Assembly: GCF_000025685.1 (NCBI RefSeq)
Contig: NC_013966.1
Span: 390,001-422,000, forward strand
Origin: Haloferax volcanii DS2
GTDB taxonomy: Archaea; Halobacteriota; Halobacteria; Halobacteriales; Haloferacaceae
DNA length: 32,000 nucleotides
Reading direction: 5' to 3'
Shown in pieces: positions 16,696-25,095 of the stretch. Within the stretch, counting starts at the first letter, position 1. Each line of letters starts with the position of its first letter. The translations under genes and the position numbers were made by a program. Under the pieces are notes generated by a model. The model had not been told where the DNA came from. It saw only the letters and a list, made by a program, of their open reading frames with translations, and ran no database searches.

Positions 16696-16831
16696 GCTTG
16701 GCACCTCTTGCAACAGTGTTCATGCCTCACTCCCAGATATGTTTGTGTCTTCGCGTATAATATAGAAGTAGTCGCGAGCACGGTTACCCTGACGTTGAAA
16801 TACCATCCCGGCAGAACCTACGAGCCAATCG

Positions 16832-17716
16832 ATGTACAACCGATATTCTGACTTCGAGGAACTGCGGCCGACCGGCGAGGCGTCCCACATTCCGGACTCG
16901 AGGCTGGACGACGGGTGTGAGGGTTCCCCCCGGCGGCAACGCGTCGCGACAAGCACGGGGGACTATCCCGACCAACCGTCGGGCATCGGCGCGGAGTGCC
17001 AGTCCTGTGGTGCGTCGATCCCAAACGGGCAGACCAAGTGCCGGTTCTGCCTCACGAATCATCTCGGAGCGCCCACCGACAACCAGCAGCCCGCAGACAC
17101 CGAGTGGACACTCCTGCACGTCGTCCAGCTGCTCGTCGAGGCATCGACCGTCTATCATGCCCTCGCAAAGGGCGCTGCGGCAGCGACCCTCCTCGCGAAG
17201 CCCGACAGGGATCCAGCCGTCGACGACTGCCAGCTGCTCTACGATTTCGACGACGCGCCTGCCTCGCAACTGACCGACGAGTGGCCCTCGCTTCCTGACG
17301 CCGTACGGGCCACCTCTGAGCGTGGTGACCGGCTCCTTGTGTTGGCTTGTGCACGGACTCCCTGGACTGAGCCGACCGAGACGCCACGTGGAGAGACGCA
17401 CAGGACGTTCCTCTACGACGAGGAGGGTCACAGCATTCGCGACGTGGATCGGCTTACAGGCCTCCTTGAGTACCCCGAGAACGACGTCTGGTTGGTGCCC
17501 GCGATTGCACTCCAGCGTTCCGTCGACGACGTACAGTCCGGGAATCGTTGCCCCAGCGTTCCCTCGAAAACGCGACTTGACTGTCGCAGCTGCGACCGAA
17601 CAACTGTGCATCAGTTCCAGGAGTTCGAGTCTGTCCCAGCTGAGAACTGGACTGGGCAGCCGATGTGGGAGTGTCAGGTGTGTCAGTCGCCACGTCACGG
17701 GCCAGCCCCTGAATAG
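16832..17716 (+). CDS. hypothetical protein with N- and C-terminal zinc-ribbon motifs
   Basis: The 294 aa acidic product has CQSCGASIPNGQTKCRFC near the N-terminus and CRSCDRTT...WECQVCQ at the C-terminus. It is divergent from paralog 2. Confidence 0.7.
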   Translation: MYNRYSDFEELRPTGEASHIPDSRLDDGCEGSPRRQRVATSTGDYPDQPSGIGAECQSCGASIPNGQTKCRFCLTNHLGAPTDNQQPADTEWTLLHVVQLLVEASTVYHALAKGAAAATLLAKPDRDPAVDDCQLLYDFDDAPASQLTDEWPSLPDAVRATSERGDRLLVLACARTPWTEPTETPRGETHRTFLYDEEGHSIRDVDRLTGLLEYPENDVWLVPAIALQRSVDDVQSGNRCPSVPSKTRLDCRSCDRTTVHQFQEFESVPAENWTGQPMWECQVCQSPRHGPAPE

Positions 17717-17737
17717 GAGGGTCGGTTGAATACGGCG

Positions 17738-17827
17738 TTAACCAACAACGGATGCCTATACGAAGGGTGTTGGTTAAGGCTGATGCAGGCTTCGGCGGGA
17801 GACATCGGCGTACCTGCATTGTTTTTC
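17738..17827 (+). terminator. two consecutive hairpins followed by a T-tract
   Basis: TTAACCAACA (17738..17747) pairs with TGTTGGTTAA (17768..17777), a perfect 10 bp stem with a 20 nt loop. ATGCAGG (17783..17789) pairs with CCTGCAT (17813..17819) and is followed by TGTTTTTCT. The first hairpin begins 22 nt after the stop of the 16832..17716 gene. Confidence 0.4.
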
Positions 17828-17855
17828 TGCGCCGGGAGTCGGCGAGGCGCACATT

Positions 17856-18044
17856 ATGGACCCACGGGACACGCCCGGATATCGACTGTATCGCGCTCTG
17901 AGTAACCTCAACAGCATCGATATCGAGCAACTGGATGACCCCGACCGAAAACGACTCGCTGAAGCGACGACGCTTCTGGAACAGGTGGGACTGCTCACCC
18001 GACCCGATGCTTCGAAAGAAACTGACGCCACCGTTGACTCCTGA
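17856..18044 (+). CDS. small hypothetical protein (62 aa)
   Basis: The ATG ORF gives an acidic, helical product (MDPRDTPGYRLYRALSNLNSIDIEQLDDPDRKRLAEATTLLEQVG). I recognise no motif. Confidence 0.4.
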   Translation: MDPRDTPGYRLYRALSNLNSIDIEQLDDPDRKRLAEATTLLEQVGLLTRPDASKETDATVDS

Positions 18045-18145
18045 GGAAAGGCTCGGTCGAACAGAATCGGTTCAGCTTCTCTTCCAGTCGATTTTGTTCC
18101 CCCAGAAGGGGTACGGGGGCAGGAAAGTGCCCCTGAGGACTAACA

Positions 18146-18634
18146 ATGGCAACACTCCAAGCAGCGACAACGTCGACCGGCGCGACCGTAACGGATTCAC
18201 AGGCAGTCCGCCAGCTCTGTGAAGCACATTGCTTCGGGACCTTGAATTGGGAGGTGGACGAAGAAGGAGAGCTCATCATCTGGGGCTACGACGCCTTCGA
18301 GATCTACGAGACTCGTGAGGATGGGCTTCCGGACTACGAAGGTGGTCTCGCCACTCACGAGTTCCTCCGAAAGCTGGCCAACTACCTCAAACCCGGTGAA
18401 GAACTCGACATCCAAACCGCAGGGTACACGAAATGCCGGTTCCCGGTGCTGGCCAAGCGCTACGTCATTCGTGAGGGGGACGTCCTATACGCCGACCTCA
18501 GTTCCCTTGGTCCGGTTGAGCGTAGGTGTTGTTCATCCCCGAGAGGGGTGCGGAGCGATCCAACACGAGCATCGTCCAGTAAGGTGATTTCACGATGGGA
18601 TATCGCGCACTCGTTGCGTACGAACGTACGGTAG
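18146..18634 (+). CDS. hypothetical protein; C-terminal roughly 40 aa look non-native
   Basis: The first roughly 120 aa are halophile-like (…EVDEEGELIIWGYDAFEIYETREDGLPDYEGGLATHEFLRKLANYL…). The tail (RRCCSSPRGVRSDPTRASSSKVISRW…) is basic and Ser-rich, suggesting a lost stop, a frameshift or a rearrangement junction. Confidence 0.5.
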   Translation: MATLQAATTSTGATVTDSQAVRQLCEAHCFGTLNWEVDEEGELIIWGYDAFEIYETREDGLPDYEGGLATHEFLRKLANYLKPGEELDIQTAGYTKCRFPVLAKRYVIREGDVLYADLSSLGPVERRCCSSPRGVRSDPTRASSSKVISRWDIAHSLRTNVR

Positions 18635-18661
18635 TCAACGGAGATCCCACCATCTCACATT

Positions 18662-19822
18662 TCACGGATTGTACGGTTCGACGATTTTGAGAATAGCGGG
18701 CGCTTCATACCGTCGATTGCGTTGTTGGCCAGTCGTCTCACGCAGGACGCCATCATCCCATAAGCGACGAATCGCCTGGTTCACTGCCGGTTGAGACCGC
18801 CCAAGCGCGTCGACCGCCTGTGGCTCTGTGAGATACGGGTGTTCGATGATGAAATCGATGAGTTCGCGAATCACAACGCCCTGGCCCTGGTACTGTTCTC
18901 GGTAGCGATCGCGCAACGCGAGAAGTTCTCGGGCGACAGTATATCCCTCACGGCCCTGTTCGGCGATCGCCTGAACAAAAAATGACACCCACTCTGTCCA
19001 GGCACCGTCACGACTCACGGCCAGCAGCCTGTCGAGATAGGCATCACGGTTCGCATTGAAATACGACGACGGATACAGATACGGGCCGGGTAACAGCTCC
19101 CACTTGTAGAGGGCTAGCATTACGAGGAGGCGACCGAGTCTCCCATTGCCGTCCTGAAACGGATGAATCGTCTCGAATTGGTAATGGATCAGCGCCAGGT
19201 CAACCAGCGGGGCGTACCTGGGCCCTGACCGGACGTACTGGAGCAGGCTCCGGAGTGCATACGGGATACTCGCCGGGGGAGCCGGAACGAACCGTGCCTC
19301 ACTGAGTGGCGTTCCCGGCTGGTCAATCCCCACGAGGTCCTCACGAAATTCTCCTGGGTTCTTTTGCTCGCCGCGCGCACCCTGCAGCAAAATTTCGTGG
19401 AGTCGACACAGCAAGTCCCGATCTAACTCGGCTCCATCATGGAGCGCCTGAATCCCGGTGGTGATCGCTTCGACGTAGTTTTGTGCCTCCGTGATGTCGG
19501 CTCGCTCGGTCGCGGTTTGTCCGGGCTCTTCACCAGCTTCGCGTCGGTATATGTCCGAGAGCGTGAGTCGTGTCGTCGTCTCGATGTTCGAGGAGTCGAC
19601 AGCCTCACGGTGGATGAGGGGACTGAGGATGACCTCCGGCGAATCCAACCACGTATCCAGGTCTGAGAGCTGACCCACGGCATACATTGCCTCCCCGTTT
19701 TCGCTGACCAGCTCGTGTGTGGCATCGAGATCTGGTGGAAGCGGATCTGGGCTGAACGTGAAGATACCGTCGACCATCTCAACCTCTCCCGGAGCGTCGT
19801 CAACAAAGTCTTCAGGCCTCAT
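18662..19822 (-). CDS. Fic family protein (AMPylase-type) with Fic_N-like region and C-terminal winged HTH
   Basis: The canonical Fic motif is HPFQDGNGRLGRLL. An upstream inhibitory-helix-like segment reads SSNIETT, i.e. (S/T)xxxE followed by T instead of G/N. The C-terminal wHTH is LTEPQAVDALGRSQPAVNQAIRRLWDDGVLRE. The track ORF extends to 19948, but that extension is non-halophilic junk; ATG 19822 (MRPEDFVDD) is preferred. Confidence 0.9.
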   Translation of the reverse strand: MRPEDFVDDAPGEVEMVDGIFTFSPDPLPPDLDATHELVSENGEAMYAVGQLSDLDTWLDSPEVILSPLIHREAVDSSNIETTTRLTLSDIYRREAGEEPGQTATERADITEAQNYVEAITTGIQALHDGAELDRDLLCRLHEILLQGARGEQKNPGEFREDLVGIDQPGTPLSEARFVPAPPASIPYALRSLLQYVRSGPRYAPLVDLALIHYQFETIHPFQDGNGRLGRLLVMLALYKWELLPGPYLYPSSYFNANRDAYLDRLLAVSRDGAWTEWVSFFVQAIAEQGREGYTVARELLALRDRYREQYQGQGVVIRELIDFIIEHPYLTEPQAVDALGRSQPAVNQAIRRLWDDGVLRETTGQQRNRRYEAPAILKIVEPYNP

Positions 19823-19851
19823 TGTTATCCAACACACATGGCCAGGGAGAT

Positions 19852-19963
19852 ATAGATAACGAATATCTATTTCACCTATCCAAAATATCCAATTCCCCAC
19901 CTCAAGATAGGTAGTTCTGAGGTTCGTTATGCAACTCGTCGCCGGCATCGCCCATAGATAACG
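19852..19963 (-). promoter_or_regulatory. AT-rich repeated sites upstream of the Fic gene
   Basis: The 10-mer ATAGATAACG occurs at 19852..19861 and again at 19954..19963. The first copy is part of the palindrome ATAGATA-N5-TATCTAT (19852..19870), 30-48 nt upstream of the Fic ATG. Confidence 0.4.
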
Positions 19964-19978
19964 GACAGACGATCAGCC

Positions 19979-20254
19979 CTAGCCGGAGCGACGCATCCCG
20001 AGATGGATCAACAAGCCGAGGATTCCGAGTATGCCGAGCAAAACAGCCCGAAGACGGGGTGATGAGTAGCCTCGCTTTATCGAATCCTGATACACGTAGT
20101 AGCCGACGATGGGCCAGAAAATGAAAATATACAGCCCGATTCGCAAGAGAGCGCCGTTATACGCAGTCAGAAGGTCGCTCGTCTGAAGAGGGTAATGGAA
20201 AATCAATGGAAGGAGGGCAATCATAGCAGCAGATACACCGGCATCGATCATCAT
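19979..20254 (-). CDS. small integral membrane protein (91 aa)
   Basis: There are three hydrophobic segments. The central YVYQDSIKRGYSSPRLRAVLLGILGILGLL pattern is typical of small haloarchaeal membrane proteins. It lies on the same strand as, and upstream of, the Fic gene. Confidence 0.55.
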   Translation of the reverse strand: MMIDAGVSAAMIALLPLIFHYPLQTSDLLTAYNGALLRIGLYIFIFWPIVGYYVYQDSIKRGYSSPRLRAVLLGILGILGLLIHLGMRRSG

Positions 20255-20389
20255 TCTTACTCACATACCTCCAAACCGACATCTTCGAAGCACTGCTGTT
20301 TTTCGAGGGCTGAAAGGACTAAGCCCTCATGGGCTCATGATTCCATGACTGAAGAACCAGTTGACGATCCGTTCAACGACTGCGAGTTA

Positions 20390-21444
20390 TAGTAACCGTT
20401 AGAACTTTTTACTCAAAGACTCTTGTAAGAGATAATGAACCATCTCGACGATGTTTCCGTCGAGGAATTGCAAGACGCTCTCGACAACGTGGACGGAAAG
20501 AAGCCGACACAACGGCTCTTAGCAGCTATCGCGTACAAGAACGGTGTCACGCAGACCGAGCTAGCCCAGTGGTACGATGTTCAGCGACGGACGATCTACA
20601 GCTGGCTCAAGCGACTCGACACCAACGAGTCGCTTGAGCAAGCTGTTTCTGACGATAAGCGAACTGGGAGAAAACGGAAACTTTCAGAAACACAGCAAAT
20701 CGAATTTCAAGAAATCGTCCACGAACCTCCTCAAGAAGTCGGCATCGACGCGCCGGCGTGGACGCCGGCGCTTGCCCAAGATTTCCTCGAAGAAACCTAC
20801 GACGTCGAGTATTCAATCCCGAGCTGTCGGCGGTTACTGAAAGAAGCGGGATTGAGCTATCAGAAACCACGCCGTACAGCCGCCGAAGCCGACGAAGACG
20901 AGCAAGAAGCGTTCTACGAAGAACTCAAAAAAAGCGGCGGAAGATGGACGCCACCGTAGTCTGTATCGATCAAACCAAGAAATCCGTGCAAGTTGAGCCG
21001 CGTGCCGCGTGGTTTCCGCGTGGCACGCGGCCCTCGGTCAAACTCTCTGGTCAACGCGACTGGACGTGTCTGCTGGGCGCGATCACCGAGGACGGTGATC
21101 GCTTCTTTTCACGATTCGAAGAGTACGTCACCGCTGAACACGCGAAACATTTCATTTTAGCACTATGTAAAGAATTTGAAGATGACTTGCTCGTGGTGCT
21201 AGATGGTGCGCCGTACTTTCAAGCGTCGGCCGTCACGGACCTGGCGGCCCGTGACGACCTCGCGTTCGTGACGCTTCCATCATACTCGCCGGAGCTAAAC
21301 CCGGTTGAGGAGTGCTGGAGACAGCTTCAAGTAGCGTTGAGCAACCGGTTTTTCGACTCACTTGACGAGTTAACGACAGCGATAGACGCCGCTCTTGACC
21401 AGCTTTCGGTCCCAAAAGTGAGTAATTACTTCTAACGAATACTA
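20390..21444 (+). mobile_element. IS630-family insertion sequence (about 1055 bp) with TA target duplication
   Basis: The terminal inverted repeats are TAGTAACCGTTAGAA (left) and TAGTATTCGTTAGAA (reverse complement of the right end). They match 13/15, with weaker similarity extending to about 27 nt. The element is flanked by TA (20388..20389) and TA (21445..21446). It has a two-frame transposase with an A7 slippery tract. Confidence 0.85.
20435..21435 (+). CDS. IS630-family transposase, two frames joined by a -1 shift at the A7 tract (20927..20933)
   Basis: OrfA (20435..20959) carries the HTH part (…TQTELAQWYDVQRRTIYSWLKR…). The -1 frame continues KKRRKMDATVVCIDQTKK…VLDGAPYFQA…LPSYSPELNPVEECWRQLQ, which is the DDE/Tc1-mariner-like catalytic part. 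The frames overlap at CTCAAAAAAAGC. Confidence 0.85.
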
Positions 21445-22030
21445 TAGGTCCCGACGCGGTACTCGGGACACACACGTTCGAAGATGTCCTGTTCACTGAC
21501 GAGACGGAAACCCCGGTGAACGTCCTCACCGGCGAGACACCGGCACATTCGCAAGCAACAGTTGAGGAAGCGAAGGAATTCGCTGCGAGTATCGACACGG
21601 AGACGCCCCAGATCGCGCTTCTGACTTCCGTCGAGTCGCAGGTCGAAACACAGCATAAGCCCTACACGGCGGCCGCGTTCTTCCACTTCAAGGCGACAGG
21701 CTCACTCGAGCGTCACCACGCCTACCACGCCGCCTACGACTCGGACAAGTTCACCGTCGACTTCGAAGCGGACTACGAATCGGGCGATCTAGCGATTATC
21801 GTCGAGCGTGCGGGCGATGGCTGAATGGCTCTCCCGAAGCGATACTTTGAGCGCCGGCGGTGGATACTGGCACTTAAGCACCAACAAGCTGCAGCCCGCT
21901 GTAACTGGTTGGTGTACTCTGTCATTTTCATTGTCCCCTCTTTGGGGCCCTATTAACTTGATACCGGGAGAATACGGTGGGTAGGTTGGCTCTTTCACCG
22001 GGACTTCATCTATTTCCTGAGTTAGCGAAA

Positions 22031-23179
22031 CTAGATCTCATCAAGCAGATCTGCTTTCTTCTCTTCGAATTCCTCTTCTGAGAGAACTCCGTTATCGCGG
22101 AGTTCACCAAGCTTTTCCAGTTGCTCAAGTGGGTCAGTCTCTGTTGATGCTGTTGAGGTAGCCGTCGTGGTATCTCCTGCGATCTGTTCGCGGATGAACC
22201 GCGTCATCTCACGGACTTCTGGCTTCCCAGGGAAGTTTGCTTGGATGTGATACGTCTGGCCAGGAGTCTGGAGTGAGATCCGTTTCCCACCTAAGCCAGC
22301 ATCAAGATCAACACTTGTTATGCTTTGGTAGGGTACTGATCGTTCGTCGGTCCCGGTGAACTGAGGAATCTTTACGACGACACGTTTGTTCGTTGCGGCG
22401 GCTCGTACGTAGCCGCGTGTTCCCTGCTTTCGACTTCGGTCATTGCCCCACCAAGAACTTCCCGCACCAGAACCCTCTACATCAACTGTTTGACCGCGAG
22501 TGAGGTAGTGGACACGCTCATCTGGATCAAGTATATCTCGGATTTTATCTACGCGCTCTTGATTTACATAAGCTCCTTGTGGCGTTGCATCAAGTGGATC
22601 TGTATTGCCGGCACCGGTTCGCATCGTGTCATCCCAAATCGGGCGAAGTGAATGGACAGTATCGAGATCGGAGTTGACAGTAGGCGCATCCTTTGCTTGG
22701 GTTCGGATGTAGTCTGCAGCTGCTTCAATCTCGGATTGAGTGGCTGAATTCGGAATATACATTCTATATTCGTGATTGCTTGTGAAGACTGATAGCCGGT
22801 TTTTTGTCAGTCCATTTTTGGTCTGGACGTCAGTAATTGAGCCATATACTAGCGCGTTCCCACGATTCCCAGCAGCTGTGAGGATGATTCGTTGGTCAGT
22901 TACGAGAACTGTGCTCATGAAATCTTGCTGGTGGCCAGCTCCAACTGCATCTCCGTCACGAATCTGACCTTTTGAGTTATTGGCAAAGTAGTAGTGGGGC
23001 TGTTCGTTCTCGTTCAGTATATTGAGGAATGGACTGTCAGCAAGAATACTCTGAACTGAAAAACTACCTACCCCGCCTGTAGTCTTCGTGAGAATTTTCG
23101 CGGTGACGCTCTTTCCCCGCGCACTATCTGCCAAGCGCTGTGCTTCTGGATTAACATCCCCAGAGTCGAACAGTCCCAT
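22031..23179 (-). CDS. tandem bacterial-PH (YokE/GRAM-like) domain protein with C-terminal SHOCT domain
   Basis: The first PH-like unit reads …PHYYFANNSKGQIR…VLVTDQRIILTAAG…LVYGSITDVQTKNGLTKNRLSVFT… and the second …ERVHYLTRGQ…AAATNKRVVVKIP…VPYQSITSVDLDAGLGGKRISLQT…. The C-terminus LEKLGELRDNGVLSEEEFEEKKADLL is a SHOCT motif. I prefer ATG 23179 (MGLFDSGD); the track start is 23248. The gene is visibly lower in GC than its surroundings. Confidence 0.75.
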   Translation of the reverse strand: MGLFDSGDVNPEAQRLADSARGKSVTAKILTKTTGGVGSFSVQSILADSPFLNILNENEQPHYYFANNSKGQIRDGDAVGAGHQQDFMSTVLVTDQRIILTAAGNRGNALVYGSITDVQTKNGLTKNRLSVFTSNHEYRMYIPNSATQSEIEAAADYIRTQAKDAPTVNSDLDTVHSLRPIWDDTMRTGAGNTDPLDATPQGAYVNQERVDKIRDILDPDERVHYLTRGQTVDVEGSGAGSSWWGNDRSRKQGTRGYVRAAATNKRVVVKIPQFTGTDERSVPYQSITSVDLDAGLGGKRISLQTPGQTYHIQANFPGKPEVREMTRFIREQIAGDTTTATSTASTETDPLEQLEKLGELRDNGVLSEEEFEEKKADLLDEI

Positions 23180-23566
23180 ATCTGATCTAACCAATTTAAC
23201 AGAGTAAAGCTTACTCTCTTGTCCACAACGCATCATACCATCCGTCACATCTCACGAGAGTCATTCAGTTACTGGATGGTCTGCATACGCAATCGCCCCG
23301 GTCAGTACAAACATCTCTTAACATGACATATGCGGTCACGATCTCCTGCGCGGAGTTCGCTGAGTTGTGTAGCGAAGCTGATTCCAGTACCCGAGATCAC
23401 TAACAGGACGACCAAGTACCGTGCTTTTCGAAACTACTGCATCAGTCTGCTGTCGGAGGTTCTGAGATAACTTCGTCTCCAACTGCTTGTCCGTCCACCA
23501 GTTTTCTTCAGACTTGAAACTATTCTCAGTCTCTCAACTTCTCAGCAGCACAGTTGCTGCAGTAGA

Positions 23567-24946
23567 CTCAGTCGATCACATCGGGTTAGAGGAAATGTCT
23601 GCTTTGGGAGGATGTGCAACAACCCGAAGCAGACAGCGAGATAGAGGAAGAGCACCTGCTTAATTTTGTCGTCAACAGCCTTGACGAGGAACTTGCGATA
23701 GACCTTGATGAGGACGTTGAGGTCACGACAGAGACCTTGTACGAGGTCCTCGCCGGCGCCAGCGCCGGCGGGACCTCGATCAACCACGTCTGCGAAACGA
23801 CCGACGACTCACCGCACGCCAACACTGTCCGGGGACATCTCACCGATCAGTTCGACCTTGACACTGTTGAGGCGGTTGGAGACACGCTCCTCCAACGAGA
23901 TGCGCTTGAGACACTCCCGGATCGACCGGTGGGAGGTCGTCGCCGACCTCCACCTCGATCCCTACTACGGCGACGAAGACGAGACAGAAGCGCTGTACTT
24001 CTCGGAAGCGAAACGCGGAACAACGACGTTTCACGCGTATGCGACCCTCTACGCGCGGGTACGCAACAAGCGGTACACGCTGGCGGTGCGCCAGCTTGTC
24101 GCTGGCGACACCACCAGCGATGTCCTCGCTGAGTTCCTCGAACTCCTCAACGGCTTTGACCTCGGCGTCAAGGCCGTCTACCTCGATCGCGGATTCTACA
24201 ACAGCACCTGTCTCGGACTGCTGTACGCCCACAACTACGCCTACGTGATGCCGATCGTCAAGTGGGGCGAGACGATTCAAGAGGAACTCAGCAAAGGCTG
24301 GAGCCGCGAGATCGAACACGATCTCGCCGGCGAGGTGACCTTTCCCGTGTTCATCGACTGCGTCTACCAGCAGGGACGATACGACGAACACGGGGTGGCG
24401 CGTCACGGCTACGCCGCTGACGCGCCGTTTATCGACACGCCACGGGATGCCCGAGAGCACTACAGCAAACGCTTCGGCATTGAGTCGAGTTACCGCTTAG
24501 CCAAGCAGAGCCTCGCATTCACCAGTTCTCAGGACGCTGGTCTACGGCTGGTGATGTTTGTCGTGAGCCTGCTGCTCCAGAACAGCTGGCGGTATCTTCA
24601 CTGGAGGTACGTGGCGGCGCCCCGCCGCGGGGGGCGCCGCCTCTGGAGGTGGCCGTTCACGGAGTTCTGTGAGATGGTGCTGCGGGCCGCCTGGACAGCG
24701 CTTGGTGTGCGCAGGGCTGTTCCAGCGAACCAGCCACTCGACGACCGGTTCTTCCGGTAGCTGTCCACCCGTCCGGACAGCGGTTATGAGTGGTAACACT
24801 GTCGCGTCGGCGGCAGTCCGCCGCCGACAGCGACGGTCCATCCCGAAGACCACACTCACCAGTGCTTCGAAGACGTTCCACGACCAGTTCGATCTGATTC
24901 ACCGCCATCAGACAAGATTACGCGGCTGTCGATGTGATCGACTGAG
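23567..24946 (+). mobile_element. ISH3-family insertion sequence (1380 bp)
   Basis: There are perfect 17 bp terminal inverted repeats: CTCAGTCGATCACATCG at 23567..23583 and its reverse complement at 24930..24946. The transposase matches the ISH3-family pattern I recall (…LLNFVVNSLDEE…, …DLHLDPYYGDEDETEALYFSEAKRGTTTFHAYATLYARVRNKRYTLAVRQL…, …YSKRFGIESSYR…). The flanking 5-mers differ (GTAGA vs ACTTC), so no target duplication is visible. Confidence 0.85.
23614..24760 (+). pseudogene. ISH3-family DDE transposase with a +1 frameshift at 23931..23933
   Basis: The frame of 23614 reads …ALETLPDRPV and then junk (GGRRRPPP). The frame of 23705 resumes EVVADLHLDPYYGDED…. Removing one G from the GGG run in CCGGTGGGAGGTC restores a single ORF of about 381 aa. 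Confidence 0.85.
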
Positions 24947-24961
24947 ACTTCCGTCGAGAGG

Positions 24962-24990
24962 CGACCTCAGCTGTTTGAGCGGTGAGTATT
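24962..24990 (+). repeat. left copy of imperfect direct repeat flanking the GC-rich cassette
   Basis: The sequence is CGACCTC-N11-CGGTGAGTATT. Compare 26805..26843, CGACCTC-N21-CGGTGAGGATT. Confidence 0.45.
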
Positions 24991-25061
24991 ATCGGTACGT
25001 TTGGGGGGCGACTGCTCGGGTTGTGCGCGCTCCGGCGGGCAGTCCGTTCCTGCCGGGCCCG

Positions 25062-25095
25062 GGCGTTTCGCGCTGCCGTTGCGTCTCCGACGGAC
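25062..25095 (+). repeat. direct repeat copy 1 inside the GC-rich tract
   Basis: The sequence is GGCGTTTC[gcgctgc]CGTTGCGTCTCCGACGGAC. Compare copy 2 at 25511..25537. Confidence 0.6.

Larger units (their letters stand above)
20345..21824 (+). pseudogene. small acidic hypothetical gene split by the IS630-family insertion (exon-like parts 20345..20389 and 21447..21824)
   Basis: The left part, MTEEPVDDPFNDCEL, ends in a TAG created by the IS end. The frame of track ORF 21516..21824 is open back to 21447. Deleting 20390..21446 (the IS plus one TA) joins codon TTA (20387..20389) to GGT (21447..21449) in frame. The result is a 140 aa ORF, MTEEPVDDPFNDCELGPDAVLGTHTFEDVLFTDETETPVNVLTGE... Confidence 0.6.

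Noticed and set aside
18595-18690. Short ORF MGYRALVAYERTVVNGDPTISHFTDCTVRRF, whose first 11 residues recall the N-terminus (MGHRALVAYER…) of a haloarchaeal hypothetical-protein family. It may have been truncated by arrival of the Fic gene.
   Set aside because: Only about 11 residues match, and the match is from memory. The remainder does not resemble the family, and the ORF overlaps the Fic 3' end. This is too weak to call a pseudogene without a database search.
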